This document shows, piece by piece, positions 35,364-36,290 of a DNA stretch of 36,290 bases. The stretch's first letter is position 1, and every line of letters begins with the position of its first letter. Position numbers and translations under genes: made by a program. The notes under the pieces are model-generated. The model searched no databases. It was not told the origin of the DNA and worked only from the letters and a program-made list of their open reading frames with translations. This stretch comes from a virus (taxonomy: Duplodnaviria; Caudoviricetes), in IMG/VR virus record IMGVR_UViG_3300037692_000673, positions 1 to 36,290 of that record. One strand, 5' to 3'.

Positions 35364-36290
35364 ATGGATATCGCTTTAAACGAAATAGAAGTGCCGTATA
35401 AAATTAAATTCACCAACAAGAACCCTGTACCCGTCGAACAACTGGTAACATCCTTACTTGCATACGAAAAATTACTAAAAAGGGTAGGTCCTTTTATAGA
35501 AGAAGCCTGTGAAGGTATCATTGTTATAGAGATAAATGTTCTCGTATCTAAAATTGAATCTGGTAGCCTTTACGAGGATTTACTTGTAAAGGTATTATTC
35601 AAGACCGAAGAGAACTACGAACAGGCAAAAGAGGTTATTGTTAAAATGTTTGAGAACAATAAAGTTCTAACAGGTGCTGTTTGCCTTGGCGTTGCGGCCT
35701 ACATAGGTTTTGGTGTGCGAAATGCCATTATTGGCCAGGGCAATGCAGGTAAACCAATGACACATATAGACGCACATCATGGAGCCATTGTGCAGACTGG
35801 CGGGACAATGAATATCTCGGCACAGGCCATAGATAAGATCCTCAATAGAACCACCGACAAGAAAAAAGCCAGTCAAGAAGCGATAGCCGCCTTAGCTCCT
35901 GCTCAATTGGAAGATGACGCCTCGGTAGTGTTTAACGAGTCAGACGATCTAAAAATCACACCCGAGTTCATCAAAGAAACTCCTGAAGTTTACGAACCAC
36001 CAGAACTGGAGCAGCAAAACGAAACTATCCTGAAGACTAAAGTGGAAATATGGGCAAGCGACAAAGATAGCCAGTCAAGATCTTGGGCAGGGATTGTCCC
36101 AGGAAAAATTGATAAAAGAATAAAATTTGTACTGGATGAAGCTGTCGATCCAAATAAAGTCCACGGAAAACGAGACATTATTGCAGACATCATAATTGTA
36201 TCCAGCTACGTTGCTGCAAAAAAGGAATTCGTACCGAAAAAAGTTGAGATTCTTAGAGTCTATAAACCAGAGAAAAAGACGCCCCTTTAA
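35364..36290 (+). CDS. Accessory hypothetical protein downstream of the repressor
   Basis: 308 aa AT-rich ORF, GAAGGA RBS, central hydrophobic segment. Confidence 0.8.
   Translation: MDIALNEIEVPYKIKFTNKNPVPVEQLVTSLLAYEKLLKRVGPFIEEACEGIIVIEINVLVSKIESGSLYEDLLVKVLFKTEENYEQAKEVIVKMFENNKVLTGAVCLGVAAYIGFGVRNAIIGQGNAGKPMTHIDAHHGAIVQTGGTMNISAQAIDKILNRTTDKKKASQEAIAALAPAQLEDDASVVFNESDDLKITPEFIKETPEVYEPPELEQQNETILKTKVEIWASDKDSQSRSWAGIVPGKIDKRIKFVLDEAVDPNKVHGKRDIIADIIIVSSYVAAKKEFVPKKVEILRVYKPEKKTPL

Larger units (their letters stand above)
1..36290. mobile_element. Mu-like transposable prophage (sipho-type tail), ends outside the window
   Basis: Mu gene order: repressor, MuA/MuB, Gam-like, GemA, Mor, lysis, terminase, DUF935 portal, MuF, gpG, I protease, gpT capsid, gp36, tail tube, tape measure, fibre. 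No tail sheath recognised. Confidence 0.95.

Noticed and set aside
1-36290. Phage termini, MuA binding sites, tail sheath, mom/gin
   Set aside because: None found; the window begins and ends exactly at stop codons, so the ends lie outside it

Overview
The whole window is the interior of a Mu-like transposable prophage with a non-contractile (sipho-type) tail; neither phage end (TG...CA) is visible. Almost all genes are on the minus strand. From right to left: a divergent XRE repressor plus an accessory gene, the early operon (Ner/Cro-like, CII-like, MuA DDE transposase, MuB ATPase, DUF3164, GemA, Mor), an antirepressor island, lysis genes, terminase, portal, MuF, head genes and tail genes. 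Four things stand out. (1) A 568-bp imperfect direct repeat carries two copies of a 79-nt C4/CI-like antisense RNA switch. Its two recognition loops and all four target sites co-vary between the copies, giving two orthogonal RNA codes that each control different antirepressors (ORF6N/Rha versus BRO-N). (2) Two stand-alone mini-proteins resembling the MuA C-terminal beta-barrel lead the early operon. (3) A convergent sigma70 promoter and a pseudoknot-capable RNA lie directly behind a MuF-nuclease fusion. (4) There is a lambda-type GGGAAAG -1 frameshift in the tail chaperone. All family calls come from motif recognition, not database searches.
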